A stretch of 64,000 bases of DNA from Minisyncoccota bacterium. Its GTDB lineage: Bacteria > Patescibacteriota > Microgenomatia > UBA1400 > PJMF01. Shown here one piece after another: positions 40,042-50,180 of this stretch (positions within the stretch are counted from its first letter, which is position 1; each line of letters opens with the position of its first letter). Both the position numbers and the translations under genes were made by a program. Location of the stretch: contig JAAYYE010000006.1 of assembly GCA_012515515.1 (NCBI GenBank), forward strand, positions 252-64,251. The letters are read 5' to 3'. The notes under the pieces were generated by a model. It did not search any database. It was not told the DNA's origin and was given only the letters and a program-made list of their open reading frames with translations.

Positions 40042-40776
40042 GTGAAAGATTTGTGGTGGAAATATTTATTATTGTTGCTTTTGCCAGCACTGTTTGTTGG
40101 CTTGTTTTATTGGCGTAAAACCAGTATTCAAGAACAACTGCAACTTGAACAAACAACTGGTGGTGAAACAGCTAATACCATCCCCGAACTTCCAGAAAAC
40201 CGAGTGACTAATCCTGTTGACCTTAATAGTTTTCCTTTAAGCCCGGGAGGGGAGGGAGACCTGTTTTATCGGCTAGATTGCCACTACAGCAAACTCATTA
40301 TTTATCGCAATTATCAACAACTACCTCTTTTGCCTGGTAATTGGCACTCTTTGGTCGACATTGCCTGTCAATACCTCAATAGTCAGGCAAAGCTAGAGAC
40401 TATTTACCTACCCCTACATGTTTATCAGCCAGAAACTCAGCAATTGTTGCTGGTTGGAGGCTCGATTAAACAAGCAGAAGAAGCGGCGGTGCTGGAACTG
40501 GTTAAAGAAGCCGATGAGGCTTTTTATGAGGCCATGATGCTCCATGCTCTAGATAAAAAACCAGGATTGGAAACTCTTAAAATTGTCACTAATTACCCAA
40601 ACGATGATTTTAAAGATAATAGAACTAGGGGTATCGGCTTTGACAGCCTACTAGAGGTTGATCCTCCTTACACTAGAGAAGATTTAATAAATTTTTATCA
40701 AACGGGTTTTAGTCAATATTTGCCAGAAATAGCTGGCAAAGCTTATTTTTGGCCAGTAGCCAACTACAGTTTTTAA
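40042..40776 (+). CDS. Hypothetical membrane-anchored/exported protein
   Basis: N-terminal hydrophobic anchor (KYLLLLLLPALFVGLFYW); no known domain; stop abuts the start of the next gene. Confidence 0.45.
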   Translation: MKDLWWKYLLLLLLPALFVGLFYWRKTSIQEQLQLEQTTGGETANTIPELPENRVTNPVDLNSFPLSPGGEGDLFYRLDCHYSKLIIYRNYQQLPLLPGNWHSLVDIACQYLNSQAKLETIYLPLHVYQPETQQLLLVGGSIKQAEEAAVLELVKEADEAFYEAMMLHALDKKPGLETLKIVTNYPNDDFKDNRTRGIGFDSLLEVDPPYTREDLINFYQTGFSQYLPEIAGKAYFWPVANYSF

Positions 40777-42678
40777 ATGAAAAAATATTTATTACTAACC
40801 TCTTGCTTTATCTTTAGTCTTTTGTTTTTAACCAACTTAAAGACTGTTGCAGCACAAAATTACGACAACTATTGTACAGGTGGCTGTTGTTGGGAATCAA
40901 CTGGTGGCACTGCCACGTTTTATAGTGGTTGTACCAATAGCCGGGGATATTGTGCTGGCACTGGTAACACTTCTCCAAATTATTGTCGTTGCCGAAACGA
41001 TAATCCTAGTTATGCAGGAGAGTGCAAATGCGATTTAAATTATAATAAGAATGATAATTCTGGACCAAGTTGTGCTACTACACCCAATACTTGGGGAACT
41101 TGTTTTAGGGCTAGATATAGTGATGGAGTGGCTGTTGCCTGTGAAAAAAACAGCGATTGTATTAATTATGGGGGGACTGGTGCTTATTCAAATGATTTTT
41201 GCGTTATTGAGTCTGGCACAGATTGTAAAGTTCAAGAACCCCCTTGGGTTTTGGGGTGTTGTTATTATGGTAGTGATTGTGGTGGCGGTGGCGGAACTGG
41301 CCCCACCAATACACCACCAGTAATCGCGCCACCAACCAGCGTGCCACCTACTTCTACTCCTAGTCCTACCCCCAGTCCTACTCCTACCCCCAGAGTAATT
41401 GCTGTTAATATCAATGTTTTCCGCGCCTCTAGTGCCGCCTATAACAACTCCACCAGCTCTTGTACAACTTCAGCATCAAGTGTTACTCCATATAATCAAT
41501 CTGCTAAAATAAGCCTTAACTACGAATCACAACCCACGCAAACACAAACACAAGCTACTGGATTATTCTCTTTTACTGTGAGTGGTGTAGAAACCGGCAA
41601 CCAACTCACTATCAATATTGATCCTTTAGACAATAGCTACTCTTGTCTCTGTCCCAATGGCTGCACCTATGCTTTAACTGTCCCAGCTGTGGGGACAAAT
41701 GTTATTAGTCGCAATATTTATCTGTCTAACTTTACTGATTCTTGGTGGCAGGTTGTTGGTGGCAATGCTTTTGTCAATGGTATGTTGAAGTCAATTGTTC
41801 CTGATCACCTGTGCACATCACCAACTTGTCTGGCAGGAGTCTTCCTGCCCTTACCAAGTCAGAGTGCTTTCACTAGTGGTTTTCCTTTTTTGCATGGTAC
41901 AAATCTTAATTCCATTAGCACCCATCAAAACGCTACTGAAAACTTAGCTAATATTCATTTATCTGGTCAGCGCACAAATTCTCAAAGTGCTGATGGTCTA
42001 GTACTTGGCTTTACGCCTACCGATCTAAATTATAATTATTTTTACCAATTGGCAACAAATAATGGGACGATTAATAATGTTACTTCACTTGATTTAGCTC
42101 AATGGCGAGCTGATACTAATCACAACACCCAAGGTCTTACTATCTTTAAACTACCCACTGGCGATCAAACAATTAATCAGAACAACAACTTATTTGTGCA
42201 AAATGGAGAAAGAGTAGTCATTTTTGTCGATGGCAACCTCACAATTGAAAACAATCCATTTGTGAGTGGGCAAAAAATTACCACTGTCAATCAGGGCGGA
42301 TTTTTAGGTATTTTTGTTAGCGGTGACATTATCATTGAACCCAATGTTGGTACAGCACTCGATACCGGCAATCCTGCAAACATTACTCCCGTTACTTTAA
42401 GCAATACCCACTTAAATGGTGTCTTTTTTAGCGATGGTACTCTAACAATTGAGGGAGATACTAGTTATCCAAATTATAAATTTATTGGTGCTGGCACTTT
42501 TATTGGTAAAACCAGTGTAACATTAGGTCGTCAAACCAACGATGACACAAAAATCCACAACAGCTACCAAGCCCTAGAAAGCTTTATTTACCGTCCAGAT
42601 CTCTTAGTTAATTGGCCAAACGAATTAAAATCTAGCATCATTAATTGGCGAGAAGTAGCTCCCAAGAGCTTGAATTAG
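40777..42678 (+). CDS. Secreted Cys-rich protein with a Pro/Thr-rich linker and a C-terminal repeat/beta-rich domain (candidate adhesin)
   Basis: Signal peptide MKKYLLLTSCFIFSLLFLTNLKTVAA; ~28 Cys in the first 170 mature residues (CTGGCCWESTGG...CRCRNDN...CKCDL...); linker PPVIAPPTSVPPTSTPSPTPSPTPTP; ~400-aa Asn/Gly/Thr-rich C-terminal region. Confidence 0.55.
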   Translation: MKKYLLLTSCFIFSLLFLTNLKTVAAQNYDNYCTGGCCWESTGGTATFYSGCTNSRGYCAGTGNTSPNYCRCRNDNPSYAGECKCDLNYNKNDNSGPSCATTPNTWGTCFRARYSDGVAVACEKNSDCINYGGTGAYSNDFCVIESGTDCKVQEPPWVLGCCYYGSDCGGGGGTGPTNTPPVIAPPTSVPPTSTPSPTPSPTPTPRVIAVNINVFRASSAAYNNSTSSCTTSASSVTPYNQSAKISLNYESQPTQTQTQATGLFSFTVSGVETGNQLTINIDPLDNSYSCLCPNGCTYALTVPAVGTNVISRNIYLSNFTDSWWQVVGGNAFVNGMLKSIVPDHLCTSPTCLAGVFLPLPSQSAFTSGFPFLHGTNLNSISTHQNATENLANIHLSGQRTNSQSADGLVLGFTPTDLNYNYFYQLATNNGTINNVTSLDLAQWRADTNHNTQGLTIFKLPTGDQTINQNNNLFVQNGERVVIFVDGNLTIENNPFVSGQKITTVNQGGFLGIFVSGDIIIEPNVGTALDTGNPANITPVTLSNTHLNGVFFSDGTLTIEGDTSYPNYKFIGAGTFIGKTSVTLGRQTNDDTKIHNSYQALESFIYRPDLLVNWPNELKSSIINWREVAPKSLN

Positions 42679-42700
42679 GGGTATTGAATTAAGGGTATAC

Positions 42701-43246
42701 GTGTCAAAAAAAAGCCTGCAATCATCATCACTCGCTGCTTTTACTTTAATCGAAATTTTAGTGACGGTTAGTATTACTGCCTTGATTATGCTGGGCATGA
42801 CCAGCCTGTTTATTAGTTTTGTAATGTCAGCGAGTAAAAGTCGCATGAGTCAAAGTGTTCGAGAAAGTGGCACTGTTGCCATGCAAAAGATAATTGAAGA
42901 GTTGCGCAATGCTAAGAACATCAACATAGCTGCAGCTCAATGTAACGGCACTATTCAACTTGCAACACTGTCTTTTAAAAAAACTAATGCTGATAATGCT
43001 GAAATCAGCGGCAAGTTTTCTAGCTCAGGTATTTCAAACAAAAGAATATTATTTACAGAGGGGACTAACGATTATTTTCTCACCGGCGATAATCATTATC
43101 TAAGTAATCTTACTTTTGTCTGTCATGGCGGGGCAATGCCAAAATACATTGAAATTAAGTTTACTTTAGCCACCAGTGCTATTGCTGCCAACAACCCAAA
43201 CCAAAGCAAACTGGATTTCAAATCTGGGGTAACTTTGCGTAATTAA
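42701..43246 (+). CDS. Prepilin-type N-terminal cleavage/methylation domain protein (type IV pilin-like)
   Basis: SSSLAAFTLIEILVTVSITALIML matches the class III signal peptide with Glu at +5. Confidence 0.72.
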   Translation: MSKKSLQSSSLAAFTLIEILVTVSITALIMLGMTSLFISFVMSASKSRMSQSVRESGTVAMQKIIEELRNAKNINIAAAQCNGTIQLATLSFKKTNADNAEISGKFSSSGISNKRILFTEGTNDYFLTGDNHYLSNLTFVCHGGAMPKYIEIKFTLATSAIAANNPNQSKLDFKSGVTLRN

Positions 43247-43749
43247 TATTTTTTGAAAGTTTGCTCGACGGTGTAAAAAGCATCATCCGAATCGCCAACC
43301 GGAGATCCTGATTTATCAAAGCGATAAATATCAATTTGCACCTTCACACTCTCTTCATTTAGACTATCAATTTTTGTAATAGTGGCTTCAATACTATAAT
43401 AAAAAAAGTTCAAGTCTCCCTGATGAGCACTGCAAGAACCGAGAACAGAGTGCATATTAGCAATATCTCCTGGAAAAGTATTTAGACAATATGTTGCATT
43501 ATGATTCAAGTTTGAATAGAAAGCAGTCCAACCCCTAACCAGCCGTTCACGACGAAAAAATTCTATGCTCTGTTGCGCCTTCATCTGGGCCAATTGCTCC
43601 ATTTCATTGGCTTCTGCCACTCTTACCGATAAAGCCATCATCGACCCCAAAGCGGTCATTACCAGCGCTACAATTGACACAGCAGCCAAGACCTCAACAA
43701 AGGTAAAAGCTCCTTGTTTCTTTTGCCATTTTTTTCTTTTTTTTAACAT
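43243..43749 (-). CDS. Prepilin-type pilin-like protein (start trimmed to an internal Met)
   Basis: KKQGAFTFVEVLAAVSIVALVM prepilin motif. The track ORF (43243..43845) extends upstream into the neighbouring gene; the start at 43749 (MLKKRKKWQKKQG...) avoids that overlap. Confidence 0.65.
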   Translation of the reverse strand: MLKKRKKWQKKQGAFTFVEVLAAVSIVALVMTALGSMMALSVRVAEANEMEQLAQMKAQQSIEFFRRERLVRGWTAFYSNLNHNATYCLNTFPGDIANMHSVLGSCSAHQGDLNFFYYSIEATITKIDSLNEESVKVQIDIYRFDKSGSPVGDSDDAFYTVEQTFKKY

Positions 43750-43756
43750 AAAATAA

Positions 43757-44272
43757 TTAATAAGTAACTTTAATACTTCCTCCATGATCGATATTGAAGG
43801 TGGCAGTAGAAGTACTGCCTGTCGAACTAATTGTAAAAGAAGCATCTCTACTTAAATTGCCAAGCGGATAAAATTTTAAATCATACAAGTTATCACTTGT
43901 AGTAAATTTGTTTCCCTCTGAAACTCTGACAAGAGATTTGTTACCTGGAGAATATGTAGCATCTGCAGGTTCTCCATAACACCTTATTGAAATTTGATAA
44001 TATAGCCCTCTACCAGGATCACTCTCATAGTTATATACACTAAAATTTACAAACTGTAATTGGTCACATTCGCCCAAGTAACCAATTTTGGCCATATTTT
44101 GCGCTTCCCTAAAACCTGACTCTATTTTTTCTGCCACTGCCACTAAGCGCTGTTTTTCTATAAAACTGGTATAACTAGCCACGGCGCCACTGACCAAAAG
44201 CATAATAATAACTATTGAAACTAGCAGCTCGATGAGGGAAAAGCCTGATGATTTATGGGGTGAGGATGACAT
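43757..44272 (-). CDS. Prepilin-type pilin-like protein
   Basis: HKSSGFSLIELLVSIVIIMLLV prepilin motif. Confidence 0.72.
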   Translation of the reverse strand: MSSSPHKSSGFSLIELLVSIVIIMLLVSGAVASYTSFIEKQRLVAVAEKIESGFREAQNMAKIGYLGECDQLQFVNFSVYNYESDPGRGLYYQISIRCYGEPADATYSPGNKSLVRVSEGNKFTTSDNLYDLKFYPLGNLSRDASFTISSTGSTSTATFNIDHGGSIKVTY

Positions 44273-44684
44273 AATTAGAAGCAGGATCAGTCTCTAGCTT
44301 AGCGCTTAATTCGACTTTATTACAATTGGCGCCAGGTGTAGAAGTACACCGCGCCTTATAAACATAGGTGGCGTCACCAGTTTTTGGATCAGCGATGCCA
44401 GTTGATGTTAAATAACCATCAAGTGCTAAGCGATCAAGAATATTGGTAAAATTGCCTGCTGTAGAACTCCCAGTAACATTTCCATAACTACCCTTATCTT
44501 GTCGATATAAAACTAGTGCCTGACGTACTGTTTCTAAATCGGTTTTACGTTTAGAATTTCTTGAGTTTTTTTGCGCATTGGAAAAACTAACCGCAGTTAC
44601 TGTAACCAAAACCGCAATAATCGTGGCCACTACCAAGATTTCAATCAAGGTAAAAGCGCGAATTTTTTTGATTTTATTTGACAT
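44253..44684 (-). CDS. Type IV pilin (prepilin-type; candidate major pilin by size)
   Basis: KKIRAFTLIEILVVATIIAVLV; 143 aa; C-terminal Cys pair (CTSTPGANC). Confidence 0.78.
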   Translation of the reverse strand: MSNKIKKIRAFTLIEILVVATIIAVLVTVTAVSFSNAQKNSRNSKRKTDLETVRQALVLYRQDKGSYGNVTGSSTAGNFTNILDRLALDGYLTSTGIADPKTGDATYVYKARCTSTPGANCNKVELSAKLETDPASNYVILTP

Positions 44685-44715
44685 AATTAACTTTTTTAAT
44701 TAATAAGAAGCAAAA

Positions 44716-45174
44716 TTATTGTAAATTACTAACACAAAAGAAATTTTTAGTACCACCATAGGCGCATGAGGTACCAGTAGCAGCTGCATTCGCGTTGCCT
44801 GCTCCAGCGGTTTCTAATTGCGCACAAACACAATACTTGTCGCCATTTGATCTACCACCATATTGATATGGACTTACATTTTTCGGATCAACTGGTGCCC
44901 CGGCAGGAAAATAGTCCGTACCAGCAGTAGTTATCATAGTGGGTAGCGTAATCATCGCTCCACCAGCACCTTTTGGATAACCACCATCATGGTCTGCATA
45001 ATATTGCTCTAAACCATTTTGTACTGCTTTTATATCTTCTCGGCGTCGGCTATCTCTTGATTTGCGCTGGGCATTACTAAAACTAGCCACTCCCAGAGAA
45101 ATTAAGATAGCCATAATAGCAATTACTACCAATAACTCGAGCAAAGTAAAAGCTCCTAATTTATTTTTTTTCAT
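44716..45174 (-). CDS. Type IV pilin (prepilin-type)
   Basis: KKNKLGAFTLLELLVVIAIMAILI; 152 aa; C-terminal Cys residues. Confidence 0.78.
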   Translation of the reverse strand: MKKNKLGAFTLLELLVVIAIMAILISLGVASFSNAQRKSRDSRRREDIKAVQNGLEQYYADHDGGYPKGAGGAMITLPTMITTAGTDYFPAGAPVDPKNVSPYQYGGRSNGDKYCVCAQLETAGAGNANAAATGTSCAYGGTKNFFCVSNLQ

Positions 45175-45181
45175 AAATTTC

Positions 45182-46207
45182 CTAATTACTTACTATAATT
45201 TTTAAGCGACTTAATTCGTAATCCACCGAAGGCGTCAAACGAGCGTCTTTAGCCTCGATCCAAGCCTCAAAATAACAAACACCTTCTCCACAAGTATACA
45301 CATGATCAACCACTCCCTGCAAATCTTGCGTGCTAAAACTTTGCCCATCACCAAAAAAAATCGTGCTGCTAATCGGCAATTGCACTGTCTCAGCCGATTT
45401 TTTTTCAATATTACTCAGCAAATCAACAAATACTTGCAAATGACTTTTCCAGTGTAAAAAAGAGTTGTCTTGTTCATCTAACACAGTTTGATTACTAAAT
45501 AACTGTTGTTTGCCATCGCCAACAACATAGGCAAAGGCCACTGTTTGTCCTGAAGCAATACTCACCATTCTTTTATCATTGGCATTACTTGGCATTGCAT
45601 TGAAGGCTAAAACAATCGGCCGTGGCTGACAACCCTGGTAACAAGTTTTTGGACAATCGGTGGCTGAATCTTGTTTTTTGCCAATCCCTTGCTCGGTGTC
45701 ATTTTGACAACACTGATAATTAAAACCAGCACATTCACTAGCTGGACCAGATGTGTAATCGATCATGGTGGGAGCTTTTCCAACAGTTAGCTCATTGATT
45801 TCTTTAAAAACAGTGGTTTCTTTTCCCAGAGCATTTAAGACTATTTGACTAGCTCTTTTGTTTTGGAGATCAAAAACAAAACCAGAGCCACCATCAACTT
45901 TTTTCACAAAAATTGGTAAAGTTTTAGTTTCAATTAAAATTGGTCTTTTGGCAAAATCACTACAGACAGTTTCTAGCTGATATTCTCGCTCATTAATAAA
46001 GCGCAACTGGCCCCAAGCCGAGGGAGACCTGGAAAAGCCGTCATAACAATTGCTGAGATGATTTTGATTGTTCATTAATAAATTGGCCGCTCTTTGCAAA
46101 TCATTAGTCGCCAGCAGCATTAGTAACTCTCGACCTAAAAAAATACCAACTAGCAATAAAAAAACAATGAAGACTAAGCTTGAAAAAATAAAACGAATAA
46201 TTCTCAT
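45182..46207 (-). CDS. Hypothetical Cys-containing exported protein embedded in the pilin cluster
   Basis: N-terminal TM anchor (IIRFIFSSLVFIVFLLLVGIFLG); several Cys pairs (CAGFNYQCC, CPKTCYQGC); no prepilin motif. Confidence 0.45.
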   Translation of the reverse strand: MRIIRFIFSSLVFIVFLLLVGIFLGRELLMLLATNDLQRAANLLMNNQNHLSNCYDGFSRSPSAWGQLRFINEREYQLETVCSDFAKRPILIETKTLPIFVKKVDGGSGFVFDLQNKRASQIVLNALGKETTVFKEINELTVGKAPTMIDYTSGPASECAGFNYQCCQNDTEQGIGKKQDSATDCPKTCYQGCQPRPIVLAFNAMPSNANDKRMVSIASGQTVAFAYVVGDGKQQLFSNQTVLDEQDNSFLHWKSHLQVFVDLLSNIEKKSAETVQLPISSTIFFGDGQSFSTQDLQGVVDHVYTCGEGVCYFEAWIEAKDARLTPSVDYELSRLKIIVSN

Positions 46208-46211
46208 ATGC

Positions 46212-47060
46212 TCACGTAATTAAGGCTAAATACCAAGCCCATATTGGTTCTGCCCAAAAATAAGTCAGGATGAAACCAACTAGTAAAAATGGCCCAAAGG
46301 GCAGCACTTGACCAATTTTTTTCTGTTTAAGGAGCAATAAAATTGTAGCAAAAAAACCACCAACAATAAAGCTAAGGAAAATCGCTAAAACCACTTTTGG
46401 CCAGGTTAAAACATAGCTTAAAGGTAGCATTAATTTAATATCACCCAAGCCGAGAGCATCTTTTTTTAAAATCCAGGATGCAAAAAAGTAGAGTAGAGTA
46501 AAGAAAGCTATCGAAACTGCAACAGCAATTAAGCCACTGGTGTAAGCAGAACCAGTTAAAACAATGGCTAATAAGCTTAATAAAACAATAAAAAAGTCAG
46601 GAATAATTAGATATTGAAAATCAGCCACTGCCACAAAAATTAAGAGTAAAAAAAATAAATATTGAGTAGCGACTAGGATTGGATCTAAGGCTTGACCAGC
46701 ACTAATTTGCAAATAAATAATTAGGGCAAAAGCCAGTGAGTAAAGCCCTGCCAACAATTCAGTAAAAAAATGCTTTTGGGCAATTTTAGCCCGACAATGG
46801 GGGCATTTTCCCCTCAGCATTAAAAAAGAAACAATGGGAATATTGTGCTTGGCACTGATGGGTTTTTGACAACAATCGGTGAATGAGCGACCTTGCCAAA
46901 AAGGCGGTAGCTTCAATCTCTTTCCTTTTTTATTTTTAATAAGGCCACAATCACTAGCAGTTCGATAAATCACCACGTTCAAAAAGCTGGCTAAAATTGC
47001 TCCCAAAAAGAAGCAGACTAGAGCAAAAATAAAATAATAAAGGTAAAAAATAATAGTCAC
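46212..47060 (-). CDS. pilD: Prepilin peptidase (A24 family, PilD-type; leader peptidase/N-methyltransferase)
   Basis: Multi-TM protein with the tetracysteine CxxC...CPHCRAKI zinc motif in the first cytoplasmic loop and conserved Asp-containing loops (LGLGDIKL). Confidence 0.85.
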   Translation of the reverse strand: MTIIFYLYYFIFALVCFFLGAILASFLNVVIYRTASDCGLIKNKKGKRLKLPPFWQGRSFTDCCQKPISAKHNIPIVSFLMLRGKCPHCRAKIAQKHFFTELLAGLYSLAFALIIYLQISAGQALDPILVATQYLFFLLLIFVAVADFQYLIIPDFFIVLLSLLAIVLTGSAYTSGLIAVAVSIAFFTLLYFFASWILKKDALGLGDIKLMLPLSYVLTWPKVVLAIFLSFIVGGFFATILLLLKQKKIGQVLPFGPFLLVGFILTYFWAEPIWAWYLALIT

Positions 47061-47123
47061 TAATTCATCATAACAAAAAAACCCGAGCCTTGGGGCTCGG
47101 GTTTTAATTATTAACTTAAACTG

Positions 47124-47765
47124 TTAGGGGAGACAAATACAGTTGCCTTTTTCACCACAACCACCTTCTTCAATTGGATCTGTATTATCTATTGCTTTTG
47201 CTACTGGGTAATCTTCTGGTAAATCAGTTAAAGCCCGCTCACCCGCTTCTTGTTGCATGGCGTTAGACTGCGGAGCAAAACAAACATAGGTAGAAGTATA
47301 AGTTGAATCATTGTGATAAACATTTAAGCGATTATTTCGATCATCATCCATTTTGGTAACAAAGCTCAGTTTCAATTCTTGAGTACCTGGCTCATCGTTA
47401 CAATTGGTGGTTAGTCCACTCGTCACTTCGCTCAAGCGGTTAAGAACTGGACACTGGCTAAAAGGTGAAGTATCTACTACCCAACCACTGTTCACTTCGA
47501 CCCACTCTAAGTTTGGAGACTGACCAACCGCAGTATTCCATGGGTAATAACCGGTCATCGCGTAGAAACGCTCAATAGCCGACAATAATTGCTCGGCATC
47601 AGATCGGCTACCCGTATCTCGACCTCGATTAATCTGCTCAATTGGGTTAATGGCCGACAGCACTGCCACCGCCAAAATACCCAAAATGGCAATTACAATT
47701 AATAACTCAATCATGGTAAAAGCTAATTGCTTTTTTAATCTGGGGAAAAAAGATTTGGTTTTCAT
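47124..47765 (-). CDS. Prepilin-type pilin-like protein with a Cys-rich C-terminus
   Basis: KKQLAFTMIELLIVIAILGILAV; 213 aa; terminal GGCGEKGNCICLP. Confidence 0.72.
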   Translation of the reverse strand: MKTKSFFPRLKKQLAFTMIELLIVIAILGILAVAVLSAINPIEQINRGRDTGSRSDAEQLLSAIERFYAMTGYYPWNTAVGQSPNLEWVEVNSGWVVDTSPFSQCPVLNRLSEVTSGLTTNCNDEPGTQELKLSFVTKMDDDRNNRLNVYHNDSTYTSTYVCFAPQSNAMQQEAGERALTDLPEDYPVAKAIDNTDPIEEGGCGEKGNCICLP

Positions 47766-47856
47766 ATTTTTCTTTTTTTATTATTTGTAATTATATTCAA
47801 ATACCTCCTAACATATTCAGTGTAAACTATGATCGATACCTATTTCAAGTAGCAAT

Positions 47857-49059
47857 TTAGAATTGACTGGTTAAACTGTAAATTGGCATAATAATTGCCA
47901 CCACCATAAAACCAACACCAACAGCTAAAGCAATCATAATCATTGGCTCTAGTGCTGCAGTCATATTTTTGACCGCATACTCGCTTTCTTTTTCAAAATA
48001 TTCAGCCAATTTGCCCAATATTTCATCTAATTTACCAGTTTCCTCACCCACACTCATCATTTGATGCAAAATTGGGGGAAAATCTTCATAACGAGAAACT
48101 GCTGCTGATAAGGAAGTACCGCGTTCCACCTGTTTGGCTGCTTCCGCCAATTCCTCTCGATAAACAGCATTGTCAATGGCTTCTGCAACAATGTTAATCG
48201 ACTCTAATAGTGATACTCCAGCTCCTAATAATAAAGCTAAAGTACGCGCAAAGTCGGTGAGAATAATTTTCTGACGCATAGGACCAAAAACGGGAATAGT
48301 TAACATCCAACGATCAATAGCCAACTCTCCCTTTTTAGTTTTTTTATAAGAACGCAAGGCAAAAATGCCGCCCACCACTATTAACAACAGCACCCACCAA
48401 AATTGCACCATAAAATCTGAAATACCCATAAATATCTTGGTTAAAGCTGGTAGTTCAGCATCAAAATCGTCGTACATTTGCGTTAATTTGGGAATAACTG
48501 CCACCATCATCACCACCATCACCACTACCATGGCTATTAAAATAATGACTGGATAAATCATGGCGCTTTTGGTTTTGGCTTTAAAATCTTTATCTTTTTC
48601 TAAATTGAGGGCCAAACGCTCTAGCACTTCATCTAAAACACCTCCTGCTTCTCCAGCTTTCACCAGTTGCGTATAGATGCGAGTAAAATTATCTGGATAT
48701 TTTTGTAAAGCATCAGAAAAACTTAAGCCGCCTTCAACATCTTTAAGTAAATTGGCACTTAATTTACCCATTTCACTTTCACTCTCTTCTTCTAAGATTG
48801 ATAGGGAGTTCGCCAGGGGCAATCCAGCATTAATCATCGTTGACAATTGCCGCGTAAAATTAACTAATTCGGCAAATTTTACTTTGGGTTTAAAAATTTT
48901 AGATAAAAAACCTGCTTCTTGACCCAAGCTTGATACATCAATCACAAACAAATCTCGGGCAAACAAAGTCGAAACTGCTTGCATTTTCGAAATGGCTTCA
49001 ACTTTTCCTTTAATCGTTTCTCCGCGTTTGTTTTTTGCTGTATATTTAAAAATTGGCAT
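47857..49059 (-). CDS. pilC: Type IV pilus inner-membrane platform protein PilC (GspF family)
   Basis: Two GspF repeats, each ending in the conserved LLGAGVSLLESI-type motif; three TM segments; 400 aa. Confidence 0.88.
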   Translation of the reverse strand: MPIFKYTAKNKRGETIKGKVEAISKMQAVSTLFARDLFVIDVSSLGQEAGFLSKIFKPKVKFAELVNFTRQLSTMINAGLPLANSLSILEEESESEMGKLSANLLKDVEGGLSFSDALQKYPDNFTRIYTQLVKAGEAGGVLDEVLERLALNLEKDKDFKAKTKSAMIYPVIILIAMVVVMVVMMVAVIPKLTQMYDDFDAELPALTKIFMGISDFMVQFWWVLLLIVVGGIFALRSYKKTKKGELAIDRWMLTIPVFGPMRQKIILTDFARTLALLLGAGVSLLESINIVAEAIDNAVYREELAEAAKQVERGTSLSAAVSRYEDFPPILHQMMSVGEETGKLDEILGKLAEYFEKESEYAVKNMTAALEPMIMIALAVGVGFMVVAIIMPIYSLTSQF

Positions 49060-49069
49060 AATTACTTTA

Positions 49070-50125
49070 TTACTCTTCTAATAAGCGTAACATATCTGTT
49101 GGGCGAAAGGCATAATTTAATGCTGTTTCTCTACTAATCACATTTTGTCTATGAAGATCGAGCAGATGACTTTCCATTAACATCATGCCAGCCACAACAT
49201 TAGTTTGAATAATGCTATCAATTTGAAAAACTTTTGCATCGCGAATTAAGTTGGCTACTGCCGCATTGTTAAATAACAACTCTATGGCTGCAGTGCGACC
49301 ACCATGAATTTTTGGCACCAAACGCTGCGAGACAACCGCCTTCAAGACGCTAGCTAATTGTTGACGAATTTGGCCTTGTTGATGCGATGGAAACACATCA
49401 ATGATACGATCGATGGTTTGCGCCGCAGTATTGGTGTGAATCGTTGCAAAAACCAGATGACCTGTTTCAGCAAGAGTCAGTGTGGAAGAAATTGTTTCCA
49501 AATCTCGCATTTCACCAACTAAAACTACATCTGGATCAGACCGAAGAGCACTTCTTAAGGCTAATTCCCATTGGTGAGTATCCTTACCAACCTCGCGTTG
49601 AGAAACCACACTTTTATCTGACTGATAAACAAATTCAACCGGATCTTCGATGGTTAAAATATGTTGACTTTGAGTGTGGTTAATCTCGTCAATAATCGCC
49701 GCTAATGAAGTTGATTTTCCCTCACCAGTTGGACCGGTAAAAAGCACCAAACCCTGCTTGTAAGTGCCAAATTTATGAAAAACCTGAGGCAAAGCTAATT
49801 CATCAACAGTGCGAATAGTTTGAGGAATTAAGCGCAGAGCTGCTGCATAGCTACCCAGATGCTGATAAACACAGATACGAAAACGAGCCCACTCATTAAA
49901 CTGATAAGCCAAATCAATTTCTTTTTCTTCTTTTAATTGCGCCTGCTGCTTGTCGCTTAATAAGTCAAAAATCCAAGCTTGAGCTTGATCTGCTTTAAGC
50001 AATTGCGGACCAGCTGGAAAACTTAAGACGCCATTAATTCTAATCGACAGAGGCGATTCTGGAATGATGTGTATATCTGAACCATCATTATCAACTAAGA
50101 ATTGTAGTATTTCTTGCACTTTCAT
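49070..50125 (-). CDS. pilT: Type IV pilus retraction ATPase PilT
   Basis: 351 aa; Walker A GPTGEGKST, Asp box, Walker B DPDVVLVGEMRD, His box, and the PilT-specific AIRNLIRE-like motif (AVANLIRDAK). Confidence 0.88.
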   Translation of the reverse strand: MKVQEILQFLVDNDGSDIHIIPESPLSIRINGVLSFPAGPQLLKADQAQAWIFDLLSDKQQAQLKEEKEIDLAYQFNEWARFRICVYQHLGSYAAALRLIPQTIRTVDELALPQVFHKFGTYKQGLVLFTGPTGEGKSTSLAAIIDEINHTQSQHILTIEDPVEFVYQSDKSVVSQREVGKDTHQWELALRSALRSDPDVVLVGEMRDLETISSTLTLAETGHLVFATIHTNTAAQTIDRIIDVFPSHQQGQIRQQLASVLKAVVSQRLVPKIHGGRTAAIELLFNNAAVANLIRDAKVFQIDSIIQTNVVAGMMLMESHLLDLHRQNVISRETALNYAFRPTDMLRLLEE

Positions 50126-50180
50126 AAAGATTTTTCTCCATTAATTAATGCTATATTTTGCTTTTTTTGCATATAATTGA

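Noticed and set aside
40847-41323. Two plus-strand track ORFs (40847..41038, 41051..41323) rich in V/I/L within the Cys-rich protein gene
   Set aside because: They are alternative frames of the same strand inside the 40777..42678 CDS. The Cys-rich frame has a signal peptide and runs the full length.
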